Both the position numbers and the translations under genes were made by a program. Positions 8,001 through 15,851 of a stretch of 32,000 bases of DNA are shown here, piece after piece. Origin of the DNA: Chlamydiota bacterium (GTDB lineage: Bacteria > Auribacterota > JACPWU01); contig JACPWU010000039.1 in NCBI GenBank assembly GCA_016196885.1, forward strand, positions 1-32,000, in the 5' to 3' direction. The notes under the pieces were generated by a model. The model made no database searches. It was not told the DNA's origin and saw only the letters and a program-made list of their open reading frames with translations. Positions within the stretch are counted from its first letter, which is position 1. Every line of letters begins with the position of its first letter.

Positions 8001-8125
8001 CCCCTCCATCTCCCCTTATGGTTTCCGCCCTCTCGGGCTCCAACCACTTCCTCGTCCACCCGCTTCGGCGGGTACCCGGACTCGGTCGTAAGGGGAGGGT
8101 TTCTCCCCTCTTAGTTTAAGAGGGG
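8001..8125. repeat. GC-rich multi-hairpin element
   Basis: One stem is ctcccctta (8010-8018) / taaggggag (8089-8097). A second is cccgc-ttcg-gcggg (8059-8072). A third is cccctctta-gtt-taagagggg (8105-8125). Confidence 0.65.
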
Positions 8126-8173
8126 TCAGGGGGAGTTAATTCATTACTTCTCATGCATGGATGTCCAAAAATT

Positions 8174-8491
8174 CTAAGCATCAAACCCCAGCGTCTTCTT
8201 TGCCTTCTCGCTCATACGGTCTGGATGCCAGGGCGGATCCCACACAATCTCTACTTGGGCCGACTTTACCCAAGGTAAATCCTGAACCATCATCTTTACT
8301 TGCTCAGAAATCATCCCTGACATTCCACACCCTTGAGCCGTCAAAGTCATTTTAATATGAACGTGATCATCTTGGATTTGAATATCATAAATGAGGCCCA
8401 AATCAACGAGGCTGACGTTCGGAATTTCCGGATCGTAGCAATGTTCTAAAACGGTATAAACTTCTTTCTCTTTTCCTTGAAGTTCTGGCAT
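8174..8491 (-). CDS. DUF59/MIP18 (SufT/PaaD-like) Fe-S cluster assembly protein
   Basis: The motif is YDPEIPNVSLVDLGLIY...TLTAQGCGMSG. An internal ATG at 8491 (MPELQG) follows GAGGAA. The track ORF extends to 8575, but its N-terminal extension looks non-conserved. Confidence 0.7.
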   Translation of the reverse strand: MPELQGKEKEVYTVLEHCYDPEIPNVSLVDLGLIYDIQIQDDHVHIKMTLTAQGCGMSGMISEQVKMMVQDLPWVKSAQVEIVWDPPWHPDRMSEKAKKTLGFDA

Positions 8492-8576
8492 GCCATTTTC
8501 CTCTATAAAACTATTGACAGAATTCAACTTCCATAAAATAATCATCTCAAAATTTAGAAGATCTGACAAGCTCATA

Positions 8577-8712
8577 GCGCGGTTTACGAACTATCATCCT
8601 GAGCCCTTCGCGGAGCCCGTCCTCGAGCAAAGCGAAGGACTCGGGGGGTAAACTCCGCGAAGGATCTCTCGTCGCAAAAGCACTCCTCGAGATGACACCG
8701 TGTTCGCGCGTT
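8577..8712. repeat. GC-rich nested palindromic element
   Basis: tcatcctgag (8594-8603) pairs with ctcgagatga (8686-8695). cccttcgcggag (8604-8615) pairs with ctccgcgaagga (8653-8664). GC clamps lie at both ends, followed by a T run. Confidence 0.6.
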
Positions 8713-8744
8713 TTTATTAATATTTCATAACGAAAGCATATTCG

Positions 8745-9338
8745 ATGTCTGCTGAAGTAAGTGTCCCTCTTTCAACAGAGGTCAAGGCTCCGGAAATTCA
8801 AAAAGGTCCGGATTTAAAAAAGAAAGTGAAGCTGGATGAAGAGGCGACTCTTTATTCTCGAAGGGATTTCTTTGTTAAAACCGGATGGTTTCTCTTTGGC
8901 CTCATCATGGGGTCCTGGGTTTTGGGCCTCGTCCGCTACATGTTCCCCCGAGTTCTCTTTGAACCCTCGAATGTTTTTAAGGCGGGTTTCCCTTCTGAAT
9001 ATCCTGTCGGAGAAATAAGCACACGGTGGGCGAGTCAACAGCGAGTTTGGATTGCCCGAACTTCAGAAGGTTTTTATGCCATTCTAGCCAAATGTACTCA
9101 TTTAGGATGCACCCCTATTTGGTTGGCCACGGAAAATAAATTCAAATGTCCTTGCCACGGCAGCGGCTTTCACCGAGACGGCGTTAATTATGAAGGCCCT
9201 GCACCGCGTGCCTTGGATCGGGTGAAAATTTCTTTAGCACAGGATGGTCAAATTTTAATTGATAAAGGCGTCCTTTTTCAATTTGAAAAAGGGGGATGGG
9301 ATAAACCGGAGGCGTTTTTAAAGATGGCACCGAAATAA
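8745..9338 (+). CDS. Rieske [2Fe-2S] subunit of a cytochrome bc/b6f-type complex
   Basis: Rieske boxes are CTHLGC and CPCHGS. A twin-arginine motif SRRDFFVKTG is followed by a TM helix. Confidence 0.9.
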   Translation: MSAEVSVPLSTEVKAPEIQKGPDLKKKVKLDEEATLYSRRDFFVKTGWFLFGLIMGSWVLGLVRYMFPRVLFEPSNVFKAGFPSEYPVGEISTRWASQQRVWIARTSEGFYAILAKCTHLGCTPIWLATENKFKCPCHGSGFHRDGVNYEGPAPRALDRVKISLAQDGQILIDKGVLFQFEKGGWDKPEAFLKMAPK

Positions 9339-9346
9339 ATTAAAAC

Positions 9347-9420
9347 AGTCGTGAGGGGTGAGGGGTGAGTCGTGAGTAAAAAATAACACCTTTAAAACTC
9401 ACGACACACGACTCACGACT
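9347..9420. repeat. hairpin built from tandem heptamers (GTGAGNN / NNCTCAC)
   Basis: The left arm is four heptamers at 9351-9377 and the right arm three heptamers at 9397-9417. The outer 9 bp (9347-9355 / 9412-9420) and inner 8 bp pair perfectly, and the loop is AT-rich. Confidence 0.75.
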
Positions 9421-9449
9421 ATCTTGATTTTTTTAGAAAGGATAGAAAG

Positions 9450-10265
9450 ATGTCTGAAGAAAATAAACCAACGATTACGCCACCTGTTACTCCTAAGCCA
9501 GTGAAGGAGAGTCTGCGTCAAAAATTGCGAAAGACTCAAGTATGGCGTTCCATGTTTCGCCACGATTACAAGGACACGCCCAAAAATCGTACTTTGGCCA
9601 TCATCGGAAACGTTTTTTTGCATTTGCATCCTGTGAAGGTCTTGCGAGGGGCTGTTAAATTTAAGCATACCTGGTGCATGGGGGGGTTGAGCTTTTTTCT
9701 TTTTCTTGTCCTTTTGGTCACGGGCGTTGCGTTGATGTTTTATTACCGTCCCACGGCTGAATATGCCTACAGCGATATGAAATACCTTCAATTTGATGTC
9801 CCTTTCGGCATGCTTTTAAGAAACATGCACCGTTGGTCGGCCCATGCCATGATTATCACGGTGTGGTTGCACATGTTTCGTGTTTTTATGACCGGATCTT
9901 ACAAGCCCCCTCGCGAATTTAACTGGGGTGTGGGTGTTATCTTACTTTTCCTTACCATGTTCTTGAGTTTTACAGGCTATTTACTTCCCTGGGATCAGTT
10001 GGCAATGTGGGCTGTCACCGTCGGAACTAACATGGCGCGGGCGACCCCATTTTTAGGACACGAGGGGCCTTTTGGCCCGCAATTAGGAATGAGGCCTGAC
10101 AACGACGTTCGTTTTGCGCTTTTAGGAGGAACCCAAGTTGGGGCCCCGACCCTTTTAAGATTTTATGTGCTCCATTGTATTGCCTTGCCCTTTTTTCTCT
10201 TGGTGTTTGTCACGGTGCATTTTTGGCGTGTGAGGAAGGATGGGGGAATTTCAGGACCGCTTTAA
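9450..10265 (+). CDS. cytochrome b, N-terminal (b6-like) subunit
   Basis: The region [23 protein letters not shown]...[15 protein letters not shown] has the spacing of conserved heme-ligand His residues typical of cytochrome b/b6. Confidence 0.9.
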   Translation: MSEENKPTITPPVTPKPVKESLRQKLRKTQVWRSMFRHDYKDTPKNRTLAIIGNVFLHLHPVKVLRGAVKFKHTWCMGGLSFFLFLVLLVTGVALMFYYRPTAEYAYSDMKYLQFDVPFGMLLRNMHRWSAHAMIITVWLHMFRVFMTGSYKPPREFNWGVGVILLFLTMFLSFTGYLLPWDQLAMWAVTVGTNMARATPFLGHEGPFGPQLGMRPDNDVRFALLGGTQVGAPTLLRFYVLHCIALPFFLLVFVTVHFWRVRKDGGISGPL

Positions 10266-10274
10266 AATGGTGGA

Positions 10275-10335
10275 TAGTCGATAGTCGTTCGTCGATGGTA
10301 AAAAAACGAACAACGAACGACGAACAACGAACGAC
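10275..10335. repeat. hairpin built from tandem heptamers (CGAACNA)
   Basis: The right arm is cgaacaa cgaacga cgaacaa cgaacga (10307-10334). The left arm gtcgttcgtcg (10284-10294) can pair with it in several registers. Confidence 0.7.
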
Positions 10336-10344
10336 AGCTTAATC

Positions 10345-11220
10345 ATGAATAACTTTCTAAAAATTATCAGTCAACCTGACAATATTCCAATTGTGATCAT
10401 GCTTTTTCTGCTCGCCTTTTTCTTGGGGCTTGCGCTTTGGCAGGGGATTCTCAATGATCGGAGTCGAGTCAAACCTCAGGGGCCGCGTAAAGAGGCCGAT
10501 AAGGTTTTCACTTTTCCGTATTTAGTTCGCTCCGAGTTTTTATCTGCACTGGTGGTGACTCTGGTTCTCTTTGTTTGGTCTTTGTGGATTGATGCCCCTT
10601 TGGAAGAGCCTGCCAATCCTGCCAAGACTCCCAATCCTAGCAAAGCCCCCTGGTACTTTTTGGGATTACAGGAAATGTTGGTTTATTTTGATCCCTGGAT
10701 CGCGGGGGTGGTATTGCCCAGTTTGATTATCGTGGGATTAATGGCGATCCCTTACATGGATCGAAACCCCTTGGGGAATGGTTATTACACTTGGAAAGAG
10801 CGCAAGTGGGCCATCATGATTTTTTGCTTTGGGTTTTTCTTTCTTTGGGTTGCGATGATCACCGTTGGCACATTCTTTCGAGGGCCCGGATGGAATTTCT
10901 TCATGTTGGGGCAGGAGTGGGATCCCCATAAAATTGTCGCTCTCACCAATGTGAATCTCTCGGACCTTTTTCACATTCGCTCTCAGGGCCTTGCCATGCT
11001 CTTTGGTGTAGGTGTCATTGGGGCGTATTACTCCTTGGCTATGATCAGTTTTTTGATTCTGAAATTGAAAAAAAGTCAGTTCTTGAAAGACATGGGTATT
11101 CCTAGATTTTTTGTTTTCATGTTTTTCTTCCTAACCATGATGGCTTTACCCATTAAAATGGTTCTTCGGTATACGTTAAACGTGAAATATATTTTAGTCA
11201 CCCCCTGGTTTAATGTTTGA
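10345..11220 (+). CDS. cytochrome b C-terminal / subunit IV-like membrane protein (extended)
   Basis: KAPWYFLGLQEML corresponds to the PEWYFL motif of subunit IV / cytochrome b C-terminal domain. It also has additional C-terminal TM helices. Confidence 0.7.
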   Translation: MNNFLKIISQPDNIPIVIMLFLLAFFLGLALWQGILNDRSRVKPQGPRKEADKVFTFPYLVRSEFLSALVVTLVLFVWSLWIDAPLEEPANPAKTPNPSKAPWYFLGLQEMLVYFDPWIAGVVLPSLIIVGLMAIPYMDRNPLGNGYYTWKERKWAIMIFCFGFFFLWVAMITVGTFFRGPGWNFFMLGQEWDPHKIVALTNVNLSDLFHIRSQGLAMLFGVGVIGAYYSLAMISFLILKLKKSQFLKDMGIPRFFVFMFFFLTMMALPIKMVLRYTLNVKYILVTPWFNV

Positions 11221-13966
11221 AAGGTCATTCCGCATGATTTCAACTTTAAATCAGTGGCGTAAAAAACCGACAGAAGAGCAATCCTATCGCCTGCTTTTTT
11301 TTGCGGTCGTGGCGGCGCTGGTCCTTCTCACCCTCTGGGCCATTTGGGATGAGACGTTCAGCCGCCGGCCGTGGAAGGAATATCAAAAGGCTTTTTTTCG
11401 CTTAGAATTAGGTAAGGTACAAGAAGAATATAATCTAGAGGAAAAGAATTTTGACTCTTCTGAAATTCAAAAGAAATATCAGGATCTCCGGGAAAAATCA
11501 AAGGCCTTGAAGGAAGGTCCTCAAGATTTGGCTCAAAGGAAAGCTTATCAAGATGCCAAAACCCAGTTAGAAGAATTTAAATTCAAACTTCAAGATCTTT
11601 CCCGAGAATCTCAGGTGGCTAAGAGTGAATATGATGCAGCTTATTATCGTTATGAAAAGGCAAATATAGAAGGGGATTCAGCTGAGCGTGAGGAGTATAA
11701 GCAAAAAGTAGATGCACTTCAGAATGAGATGAATCAAAAAGCTGCTGCCATCCAGGCCCTTGAGAAGGAAAGTCAACCTCTTTGGGATTTAGTAAAGGCG
11801 CATGATGAAGAAGTTTCGACTGTTCAGAATGACCTTGCCAGTATGACTTCAAAATTGGAAGCGCTCCAGAAAAAAATTTCGGATGTAAAAGCAAAGAGTC
11901 CCAAAATTCAACAAATTGTCATAACGAGTTTAAACAGCGTAGATCGCTGTCAAACTTGCCACTTGGCCATTGATCGCCCGGGTTTCGAAGATCCTCAAAA
12001 ATATCCTCAACCTTTTCGCACGCATCCTCAGTTGGATGTTTTGCTTAAAAAGCACCCGCTTGAAAAATTTGCTTGTACCTCTTGCCATGGCGGCCAGGGT
12101 CCCGCCTTGACCGTTCAAACAGCGCATGGAGAAGTTCATCATTGGGAACATCCTCTTTTGAGAGGAAAGAAAGTTGAAAGCTCTTGTGTGAAATGTCACG
12201 CCACGGTTCAGGTACCAAAAGCCCCTCAAATCACCCAAGGGAAGGTTCTCTTTGGTAAGTTGGGATGTTCAGGTTGTCACGTTGCACCCGCTTTTGAAGA
12301 GGCTAAGAAAGTAGGGCCTGAACTTTCAGATATTCATCAGAAGACCACCCTTGAATGGATGGCCCGCTGGATCGAAAATCCGCACGCCTTAAGTCCTACG
12401 ACGCGCATGCCTCAGTTTAAAGTCACACCTGATGAATCCAAAGCCATTGCGCATTATTTAGGGTCATTAAGTGAGCCTCAATCTATGACAGAAGAAGAAA
12501 GTGCTCTTCTGGCAAAGGGTTCTTCTGAAACTGGAAAACAATGGGTGACAGACTTGGCTTGTATCGCGTGTCATAAAATTGGAGAGGATGGAAATACTTT
12601 TGCCCCTAACCTTTCCTGGATTGGAAGCAAGGCCCGGCCCGAATGGCTTATGCGCTGGCTTAAAGACCCACGCGGTTACCTCCCTCATGGCAAAATGCCC
12701 AACATGCGTTTAACGGATCAAAACATTGCAGATTTGGTGAGTTATTTGACGACCCTGAAAGAGCCGGGTCACGAAAATCCTCCATCTGAAGAAGCAGTCG
12801 ATCCCGTGTTGGCCCAGAAAGGGCTTCAATGGGTTGGCGGCTTTGGGTGTTTTGGCTGTCATGACATCAAAGGGATGGAAGGTCGTCCCCGGGTCGGTGC
12901 AGATTTGACTTCATTTGGTTCAAAGGATTTGGACTTGCTTTATTTTGGTTATGCAAAAGGGATTCCTCACACTTTATGGGATTGGGCTTTCAATAAAATC
13001 AAAAATCCTCAAGTGTATGCTACAGAGAGAATCGAACAGAAAATGCCTAACTTTCATTTATCAAATGAAGAGGCAAATTCTATTGTGACTTTGCTCACAA
13101 GCTTTAGTGAAACCAATAAAGATGTTCCGATGGATGCGAGAAAAAATTTGACCGCGAAGGAGCAAGACATTGAAATTGGCCGCAATTTAGTACGGGATTT
13201 AAATTGTGTGGGTTGTCACGTGATTGAAGGGCAAGGTGGCACGATTGCCCCCAATTTAACAGGGGAAGGGGCGAAAGTTCAGCCAGAGTGGCTCTTTGGC
13301 TTTTTGAAAAATCCTATCGCCATTCGGCCTTGGCTTGCAGTTCGCATGCCCAGATTTAATCTCTCGGATGAAGACGCGACCCATTTGGTAAATTATTTCT
13401 CAGCCCTTTCAGATGCAAAATATCCCTATGAATCTAGTGAGGGTGAAGTGCCAGAGCGCGAGCGAAAGGCAGGGCAAAAACTTTTTGAAATGTTCAAATG
13501 TATGTCGTGTCATCCGGTCAGTCTGGATGCTTCGGCCAAAGGCAATCAAGTGGTGAATTTGGGCCCAAATCTGGGACTCGCAAAGGACCGGCTTCGCCAT
13601 GAATGGATTGCAAAATGGATTTTGGGTCCAGAGGAATTACAACCTGGAACCAAAATGCCGACGAATTTTCCAAAAATGGGGGACAAACGCATTTCCTTTG
13701 TCCCAAATTTATTGAAATCTGCTCAATTTGAAGACACGAAAAAATTCTTTGAAGATCTCTTGGGCCCTGATTTAGACGCTTTTTTAGCGGATCCCGCATT
13801 ACAAACTCAGGCGATTCGAGATTACCTCATCAGCTTTAAGCCAGAAGAGGTACAACCGAACACAGAACCTGCACAACCAAAGCCTGAGGTGTCTCAAAGC
13901 CCAACACAGGCATCTCAAAATCAGACATCCCCTCAGCCTAAGTCCGAATCATCGCAGGACTTTTAA
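11213..13966 (+). CDS. membrane-anchored octaheme c-type cytochrome
   Basis: There are eight CxxCH motifs (CQTCH, CTSCH, CVKCH, CSGCH, CIACH, CFGCH, CVGCH, CMSCH). The last five sit in repeated class-I cytochrome c-like units ending in an ..MP.. Met ligand. It has an N-terminal TM helix, a ~180-aa coiled coil and a P/Q/S-rich tail. It overlaps the previous gene by 8 bp. Confidence 0.85.
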   Translation: MFERSFRMISTLNQWRKKPTEEQSYRLLFFAVVAALVLLTLWAIWDETFSRRPWKEYQKAFFRLELGKVQEEYNLEEKNFDSSEIQKKYQDLREKSKALKEGPQDLAQRKAYQDAKTQLEEFKFKLQDLSRESQVAKSEYDAAYYRYEKANIEGDSAEREEYKQKVDALQNEMNQKAAAIQALEKESQPLWDLVKAHDEEVSTVQNDLASMTSKLEALQKKISDVKAKSPKIQQIVITSLNSVDRCQTCHLAIDRPGFEDPQKYPQPFRTHPQLDVLLKKHPLEKFACTSCHGGQGPALTVQTAHGEVHHWEHPLLRGKKVESSCVKCHATVQVPKAPQITQGKVLFGKLGCSGCHVAPAFEEAKKVGPELSDIHQKTTLEWMARWIENPHALSPTTRMPQFKVTPDESKAIAHYLGSLSEPQSMTEEESALLAKGSSETGKQWVTDLACIACHKIGEDGNTFAPNLSWIGSKARPEWLMRWLKDPRGYLPHGKMPNMRLTDQNIADLVSYLTTLKEPGHENPPSEEAVDPVLAQKGLQWVGGFGCFGCHDIKGMEGRPRVGADLTSFGSKDLDLLYFGYAKGIPHTLWDWAFNKIKNPQVYATERIEQKMPNFHLSNEEANSIVTLLTSFSETNKDVPMDARKNLTAKEQDIEIGRNLVRDLNCVGCHVIEGQGGTIAPNLTGEGAKVQPEWLFGFLKNPIAIRPWLAVRMPRFNLSDEDATHLVNYFSALSDAKYPYESSEGEVPERERKAGQKLFEMFKCMSCHPVSLDASAKGNQVVNLGPNLGLAKDRLRHEWIAKWILGPEELQPGTKMPTNFPKMGDKRISFVPNLLKSAQFEDTKKFFEDLLGPDLDAFLADPALQTQAIRDYLISFKPEEVQPNTEPAQPKPEVSQSPTQASQNQTSPQPKSESSQDF

Positions 13967-14040
13967 TTTTTCCCATTTTTTCTAATTGAACGTATACTGT
14001 TAATGTTGAAGTTGTAGATGATCACTAAAGTGGAGGTTTT

Positions 14041-14313
14041 ATGATTCCAAAATATCGGTCTCCTATACATCCAGGTGAAATCCTTTTGTACGAGTTTTTG
14101 GAGCCCTTAAATCTTTCTCAAGTTGCCTTGGCAAAAAAAATTAAGGTACCTGTTCAGAGAATCAATACACTTATTAATGGAAAAAGGGGTATGACAGCTG
14201 AGACCGCCTGGATCTTGTCAAAGGCGCTTGGTACTACGCCAGAATTTTGGATGAATCTTCAAACCGTATATGATCTTTATCACGCTAGACAATCTTTACA
14301 TCGTGCGGCTTGA
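14041..14313 (+). CDS. higA: HigA-family HTH (XRE) antitoxin, no adjacent toxin
   Basis: IHPGEILLYEFLEPLNLSQVALAKKIKVPVQRINTLINGKRGMTAETAWILSKALGTTPEFWMNLQ is the HigA signature. GGAGG lies 5 nt upstream of the ATG. Confidence 0.8.
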   Translation: MIPKYRSPIHPGEILLYEFLEPLNLSQVALAKKIKVPVQRINTLINGKRGMTAETAWILSKALGTTPEFWMNLQTVYDLYHARQSLHRAA

Positions 14314-14990
14314 TCCATTACTCTCCCCCCCCCCCAATAAATCGAAGCGATTCCGAGGAAAAGTTTTTTGCATTGTGGGTTTTTAAAGCCGGCTTTTTTT
14401 ATGAATGAGAGAAACTCATTTCCGTCTGGAAAATGATGAATCGTTCTTGCCAAATAATCATAAGCTTCTTTATCCCCTGAAATCCAGCCCCCAATGATGG
14501 GTAAAATCTTATTCAAGTAGAAAAAATAAAGTTTTGAAAAAATAGGTAATGTGGGTTTTGAAAATTCGAGAACGACCCATCTTCCGTCCTTTTTTAAAAT
14601 CCGATTCATTTCTGAAAGCGCTTTTTCGAATTGAGGAATGTTTCGGATCCCAAAGCCAATGATGATTTTATCAATAGAATTATTTTTGAAAGGGAGATTT
14701 TCTCCATCTGCGCAAATCAAGGGAATGAATGAAGTAAGCCTCTTTTGAGCCTCCAGCAGCATTTCGTAAGATAAATCTGCACCGATCCCAAAACCTGATT
14801 GTAAAAGAAAATCACCTGTTCCACAACAAAGGTCGAGCCATTTTTCTTCTTTTCTCGCTTTAAGAATTTTAAGTGCTTTTTTCTTCCAAATACGATGGGA
14901 ACCGAGGCTCAAGAGATCGTTGGCAAGGTTATACCGCTTTGAAATGCGGCTAAACATGATGGCGATATTTTTATTTACTTTTTCAATCAA
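14280..14990 (-). CDS. ubiE: demethylmenaquinone/ubiquinone C-methyltransferase (UbiE/MenG family)
   Basis: The SAM motif is LDLCCGTGD, and FGIRNIP and LKKDGRWVVLEFSKP are typical of UbiE. The 3' end contains a G11 run and overlaps higA by 34 bp. Confidence 0.85.
   Translation of the reverse strand: MIEKVNKNIAIMFSRISKRYNLANDLLSLGSHRIWKKKALKILKARKEEKWLDLCCGTGDFLLQSGFGIGADLSYEMLLEAQKRLTSFIPLICADGENLPFKNNSIDKIIIGFGIRNIPQFEKALSEMNRILKKDGRWVVLEFSKPTLPIFSKLYFFYLNKILPIIGGWISGDKEAYDYLARTIHHFPDGNEFLSFIKKAGFKNPQCKKLFLGIASIYWGGGRVMDQAARCKDCLA
14325..14335. repeat. C11/G11 homopolymer tract
   Basis: Eleven consecutive C residues on the plus strand lie inside the 3' end of the ubiE-like CDS, coding WGGGR. 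Confidence 0.9.
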
Positions 14991-15040
14991 TGGATTCTCG
15001 TCCTATAGAAGTTAAAAATTAAGAATGTAAAATGAAAAAC

Positions 15041-15171
15041 AGGCATATGCACTTGATTCCCCTAGTAGTCGCCCGATTCATCGGGCAATCCATGCAAGGG
15101 GCACAAGGCTGCCCCATAAATGGGGCGACTACAAATTCTTGCTATCTGAGGGGAATCAAGTGCATATGCCT
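15041..15171. repeat. nested palindromic element, copy A (possible MITE/REP-like element)
   Basis: The 23-bp perfect outer stem is 15041-15063 / 15149-15171. The core is gtagtcgcccgattcatcgggc (15065-15086) and gccccataaatggggcgactac (15111-15132). AATGAAAAA direct repeats flank it at 15031-15039 and 15172-15180. Confidence 0.8.
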
Positions 15172-15215
15172 AATGAAAAATTTTTAAAGGAGTTACATCT
15201 TTAACTTTTCATTTT

Positions 15216-15851
15216 TCACTGTTTTTTCCCTCCCCACGGCTTAAAGAGTTTATGTTCCAACCCCAGAAGATTCATGACCTTCCCGGCAATAAAATCCGCA
15301 AGGTCTTCGATCTTCTTGGGCCGAATGTAGAACCCCGGATCGCAGGGCATAACGATCCCTCCCGCATCGGTGACGCGGAGCATATTCTCAAGGTGGATTC
15401 GGCTAAAGGGGGTTTCCCGTGTGACCAGAATCAATTTTCTTCGCTCTTTCAAGCAAACATCTGCAGATCGTTCAATCAAATTGCGGGAAGCCCCTACGGC
15501 AACAGAAGAAAGGGTTTTCATGGAGCAGGGGATAATGACCATTCCATTATGCGCATGCGTTCCAGAGGAAGGAGGCGCTGCCAAATTATTGGGATTATGG
15601 ATTCTGATTTTTCCTTTGAAAATTTCAGCACCATATTTTCTTTTTAAAAATTCGGTTACAGATTCATTTGATTTTAAGCCCAATTCAAATTTTAATAAAT
15701 CGTGAGAGTTTTCGGATACGATCAATTCGATCAGATGTCCTCCTTCTAGGAGAGCCTTCAAAAGTCTTTCGGCATAGAGCATGCCACTTGCGCCGGTGAT
15801 GGCTACAATTAAATTTTGAATTTTGAGTTTTGAATTTTGAGTTTTTTTCAT
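15216..15851 (-). CDS. ubiX: UbiX-family flavin prenyltransferase (MqnL-like in futalosine context)
   Basis: IVAITGASG...IPCSMKTLS...ADVCLKERRKLILVTRETP are UbiX motifs. ATG 15851 gives an ATGA overlap with the upstream gene's stop. The track start at 15989 would overlap that gene by 142 bp. Confidence 0.85.
   Translation of the reverse strand: MKKTQNSKLKIQNLIVAITGASGMLYAERLLKALLEGGHLIELIVSENSHDLLKFELGLKSNESVTEFLKRKYGAEIFKGKIRIHNPNNLAAPPSSGTHAHNGMVIIPCSMKTLSSVAVGASRNLIERSADVCLKERRKLILVTRETPFSRIHLENMLRVTDAGGIVMPCDPGFYIRPKKIEDLADFIAGKVMNLLGLEHKLFKPWGGKKQ
15814..15848. repeat. tandem heptamers TTTTGA(A/G) x4 plus a T7 run
   Basis: ttttgaa ttttgag ttttgaa ttttgag ttttttt lies inside the first codons of the ubiX-like gene, which read MKKTQNSKLKIQN on the minus strand. 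Confidence 0.8.

Noticed and set aside
8698-8716. A Rho-independent terminator (GC stem followed by TTTTTATT).
   Set aside because: There is no co-directional gene upstream on the plus strand to terminate. The stem is the closing helix of the larger palindromic element in a divergent promoter region.
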